Source of the DNA: Cyanobacteriota bacterium
Lineage (GTDB): Bacteria > Cyanobacteriota > Cyanobacteriia > PCC-6307 > Cyanobiaceae
Assembly (NCBI GenBank): GCA_046052125.1
Contig: JBJOMY010000001.1
Coordinates: forward strand, 64,001 to 128,000
Reading direction: 5' to 3'
DNA length: 64,000 nucleotides
Program-made: the position numbers and the translations under genes
The notes under the pieces: generated by a model
Seen by the model: the letters and a program-made list of their open reading frames with translations, nothing else
What the model was told of the DNA's origin: nothing
Database searches by the model: none
In this document: positions 61,222 through 64,000 of the stretch, in pieces
How the letters are laid out: every line of letters starts with the position of its first letter
Numbering within the stretch: position 1 is the first letter of the stretch

Positions 61222-61494
61222 ATGAGCTGGGATCCGACCCTGTTGCGCAAATACAGCAGCACCAACCACTACAAGCTGCTCAACCAGGTGCGCAGCGATC
61301 TCAAGGAGCAACCGATCCAGCGCTCCAGCGGCCAGGGCAGCCGGCGTGGCAGTGGTGGAAGCACTGGCAGTGGCGGCTCCCGCCGCCGCAGCACACCGGT
61401 GCCCCAGCCCGTGCCGATCAGCTCTCAATCCACACCGGCCAACAGCTTCGATGCTTTCGTCACCGTGCCGGTGTTGATCGAATCCTTCGAGTGA
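61222..61494 (+). CDS. small cyanobacterial hypothetical protein
   Basis: MSWDPTLLRKYSSTNHYKLLNQVRSDL N-terminus then a G/S/R low-complexity tail; divergent from prx. Confidence 0.7.
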   Translation: MSWDPTLLRKYSSTNHYKLLNQVRSDLKEQPIQRSSGQGSRRGSGGSTGSGGSRRRSTPVPQPVPISSQSTPANSFDAFVTVPVLIESFE

Positions 61495-61518
61495 GCGCCG
61501 GCGAGCGCTCGGCCTGCT

Positions 61519-61797
61519 TCAGGCCACGCTCACCCCGCGCCAGAAGGCCACCCGCCCTTTGATTTCAGCGGCAGCTTCCTTCGGCTCCGGATAAAACCAG
61601 GCGGCATTGCTGTTCACCTGGCCGTTCACCACCACGTCGTAGTAGTGAGCCACACCCTTCCAGCCGCAGGTGGTGCGGTGCTCTGACGGCTGGAAGTGCT
61701 CCATCTGGAGGCTGCTTTCCGGGAAGTAGGCGTTGCCTTCCACCGTCACGATGTCGTCGCTGCTGGCGATCACCGCTCCGTTCCAGCTGGCTTGCAT
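61519..61797 (-). CDS. DUF427 domain protein
   Basis: ASWNGAVIA, VEGNAYFP, TCGWKG.A.YY, AAWFYPEP, RVAFW. Confidence 0.92.
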   Translation of the reverse strand: MQASWNGAVIASSDDIVTVEGNAYFPESSLQMEHFQPSEHRTTCGWKGVAHYYDVVVNGQVNSNAAWFYPEPKEAAAEIKGRVAFWRGVSVA

Positions 61798-61838
61798 GGG
61801 CTGCCTGCGAAAGTTCACATCATGGAGTCCCATCCCCC

Positions 61839-62042
61839 ATGAGCTCCCCGGCTTCTGTTGCACCGCTCAATTCCACGGAGTGGAAGGTGGTGCGCCTTCC
61901 CTCCGCCCTTGATGCTGCCCGCTCCACCGAGCGACGCCGGCCCTGGCTGAGCCGCAGCGAGGAGCAGGCCAAGCAGGAGGAGCGGATTGCGCGAGTACGG
62001 CGGGAGAACGGCATTCCAGCGCCAGACGAATGGATGTGGTGA
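61839..62042 (+). CDS. hypothetical protein
   Basis: 67-aa ATG ORF in the gap; ends IARVRRENGIPAPDEWMW. Confidence 0.55.
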   Translation: MSSPASVAPLNSTEWKVVRLPSALDAARSTERRRPWLSRSEEQAKQEERIARVRRENGIPAPDEWMW

Positions 62043-62089
62043 GCGGCCGCGATCGGCACTGATGATGCTCAGCAATTGATCAGCCGTTC

Positions 62090-62392
62090 ATGCGCCGCCT
62101 GCTCGCCGCCCTGGCCCTGTCTCTCTCTGCCGCTTCCCCTGCTCTGGCCCAGGGCAACGGAGCCGAGGCGATCGCTGAGCAGCAGCAGCTGATGCAGAAC
62201 CTGCTCAATAACGCCATCGTGGCGATCGAAAACAACAACCAGCCCCAGGCCTGTGCGCTGCGCCGCCAAGCCGCCGGCATCCTCTCCGCCAATTTCCAGG
62301 CCTTTGAGGCGGTGTACCCCGCCAACAACTGGAGCGATCTGCAGACCTCCCTGCAGGGCAGCTTGAACAGCTGCGCTGCCAAGGGCTACTGA
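62090..62392 (+). CDS. hypothetical exported protein
   Basis: Clear Sec signal (MRRLLAALALSLSAASPALA); two Cys. Confidence 0.75.
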   Translation: MRRLLAALALSLSAASPALAQGNGAEAIAEQQQLMQNLLNNAIVAIENNNQPQACALRRQAAGILSANFQAFEAVYPANNWSDLQTSLQGSLNSCAAKGY

Positions 62393-62439
62393 GCGATCAG
62401 GGGTCGGCCTTCACGAGTCCTTGATGTTTTGGTGTCAGG

Positions 62440-64000
62440 GTGAAGCAGAGGCTGGGAGCTCTGGTCATTCACAGGACTTGGCGTTGGTGGGTGGCCCTGC
62501 TCTGGGCTGCCGCGCTGGTGTTGTTGTTCACCCACCTGGGTGATCTGCCGCTGCGCGACTGGGATGAATCCCTGGTGGCGCGCGTGGCTGAAGAAATCAG
62601 CCTGCGGCCGTTCCCAGAGAACCTGCTCCCTACCCTTTGGGGTAAGCCCTATCTGAACAAGCCACCGCTGCTGCATGGGCTGATCGCTGCCGTGATCGGC
62701 CTCTGGCATGCGGGTTCTGGCTCTGAACTCGGCCGCCAGCTTCCGCCGGAATGGCTCGTGCGAGCGGTGCCTGCGGCCTGCTCAAGCTTGATCGTGCCGC
62801 TGGTGGCGATGGTGCAGTGGCGTCTCAGGCCAGGGGATCGGCTTGCGGCGGTGTGTAGTGCTGCGGTGGCGCTCACGCTGTTGCCGCTGATGCGTCACGG
62901 CCGCCTGGCCATGCTCGATGGCACGTTGATCAGCGCGATGGCGCTGCAGTGGTGGGCCCTGTTGAGCCTTCCTCGCCAACTGAGGCCATTGGCTCAGCGC
63001 CGCTGGGGCGTGATCGCTGGTCTGGCGGGCTCCGCGATCCTGCTGTTGAAGGCTCCCGCAAGCCTGCCGTTGCTCGTCGGGGCGTGTCTGCTGCTGGCAT
63101 TGGAACAGCGCTGGCGATTGCGCCAGTGGCTGCCGTTGTTCGGCTGGATTGCCGTGGGCCTTTTGCCCGGTGTGCTCTGGCATGGCTGGCATTTGTTGGA
63201 ACGGGGCCCGGACGCGCTCACGATGTGGAGCGGCCAGGGCATGGCCCGGGTGGTGAGTGAAATCGAGGGCCATAGCGGTGGCCTGCTCGTGCCTGTGGTG
63301 GAGGTGTTGGAAGGAGGCTGGCCCTGGCTGGCCTTGTGGCCGTTGGCGATGGTTTGGGCTGCAGCTGCGCGGCGGGAGCGCTGGGGTTTTTGGGCCCTTG
63401 GGTTCACTGCACTCACGGCTGCAGCGGTGTTGCCGCTGCGCACCCAGCTGCCCTGGTACAGCCATCTGCTCTGGCCGGCATTTGTGTTGGCCGTAGGGCC
63501 AGTGCTGGCTGAATTGATCGAGCGGAAAGGCGTGGAGCCGCTCTGGTGGAACCGCTGCCTGCGCTTGGTGCCCTGTTTCTGGCTCCTGGGCGGCGCCTCG
63601 ATCTTGATCCTGCAGGGGCAGCTGGGCGTGCCAGCCACCATCACCATCCCTGCTGCCCTGGCACTGCTGGTGGGTGGCTGGTTGTTGCTGGCTAGGGAGC
63701 AGCGGCTGCGGCGCCTGGGGGCGTTGGCGTTGGTGGGGTTGCTCTGGTTGGCCCTGCTCAATTTGTTGTCCAGCCGTGCGTGGCTGTGGGAACTGAATGA
63801 AACCTGGGCCGTTCAGCCCGTGGCTGCTTCGATCAACGCTTTGCCGGAGACGTCCAAAGCGTCTCGGGTGCTGTGGCTGGGGGATGAGCGCCCGAGCCTT
63901 GATTGGTACCTCGGCCAGGAACTGATCAGCGGTCGCCAGGCACGCAGGGAGTTACGTCGGAGTGACCACGCGTTTCTGATCCTCAGCTTCAAGGATCCAT
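62440..64000 (+). CDS. ArnT/PMT-family (GT39/GT83) glycosyltransferase (runs off the window's right edge)
   Basis: Not in the ORF track (no stop in window); from GTG 62440: LGDLPLRDWDESLVARVA, GKPYLNKPPLL, GRLAMLDG and many TM segments. Confidence 0.88.
   Translation, partial: MKQRLGALVIHRTWRWWVALLWAAALVLLFTHLGDLPLRDWDESLVARVAEEISLRPFPENLLPTLWGKPYLNKPPLLHGLIAAVIGLWHAGSGSELGRQLPPEWLVRAVPAACSSLIVPLVAMVQWRLRPGDRLAAVCSAAVALTLLPLMRHGRLAMLDGTLISAMALQWWALLSLPRQLRPLAQRRWGVIAGLAGSAILLLKAPASLPLLVGACLLLALEQRWRLRQWLPLFGWIAVGLLPGVLWHGWHLLERGPDALTMWSGQGMARVVSEIEGHSGGLLVPVVEVLEGGWPWLALWPLAMVWAAAARRERWGFWALGFTALTAAAVLPLRTQLPWYSHLLWPAFVLAVGPVLAELIERKGVEPLWWNRCLRLVPCFWLLGGASILILQGQLGVPATITIPAALALLVGGWLLLAREQRLRRLGALALVGLLWLALLNLLSSRAWLWELNETWAVQPVAASINALPETSKASRVLWLGDERPSLDWYLGQELISGRQARRELRRSDHAFLILSFKDP

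Noticed and set aside
62386..63761. Minus-strand ORFs at the right end of the window
   Set aside because: They lie antisense to the continuous ArnT-like frame starting at 62440
1..64000. Scattered GCGATCGC (HIP1) octamers, e.g. 4472 and 21917
   Set aside because: Known cyanobacterial genome feature; modest density, and I could not count it rigorously against the GATC-rich background

Overview
GC-rich chromosomal window from a picocyanobacterium. The photosynthesis genes (GUN4, apcF, pcyA, chlP, ccsB, sipA, sir) and gene order suggest a Cyanobium or non-marine-type Synechococcus; the lineage is inferred. It is almost entirely core genome with about 65 tightly packed CDSs: mnmH/selU (partial), glnA, apcF, FHA-PBP/lspA/bioY, an M16 peptidase pair, pcyA-devBCA, rpsB-tsf, recG, sir, glyS, chlP, a U32 hydroxylase, typA, lptA/B/FG, ccsB, rpe, glpX-hemA-glgC-gnd-pgl, ilvD, upp, cobalamin riboswitch-hupE-cobW, purSQ, a 2-Cys peroxiredoxin and a partial ArnT-like glycosyltransferase. 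I saw no rRNA, tRNA, CRISPR array, transposase, integrase or phage gene. The strongest lead is a 76-aa hydrophilic ORF (4268-4498) of unknown function lying tail-to-tail with glnA. It has a perfect NtcA box over its likely core promoter, while glnA has an NtcA box in the activating position. This is the regulatory layout of a glutamine synthetase inactivating factor (gif) module. Other leads are a uORF coupled to mnmH, a pseudoknotted rpsB leader, a tiny Lys/Arg-rich protein near rpsB, a compositionally atypical desaturase and several operator-like palindromes. All calls come from reading the sequence and recalled family motifs; no database searches were run.
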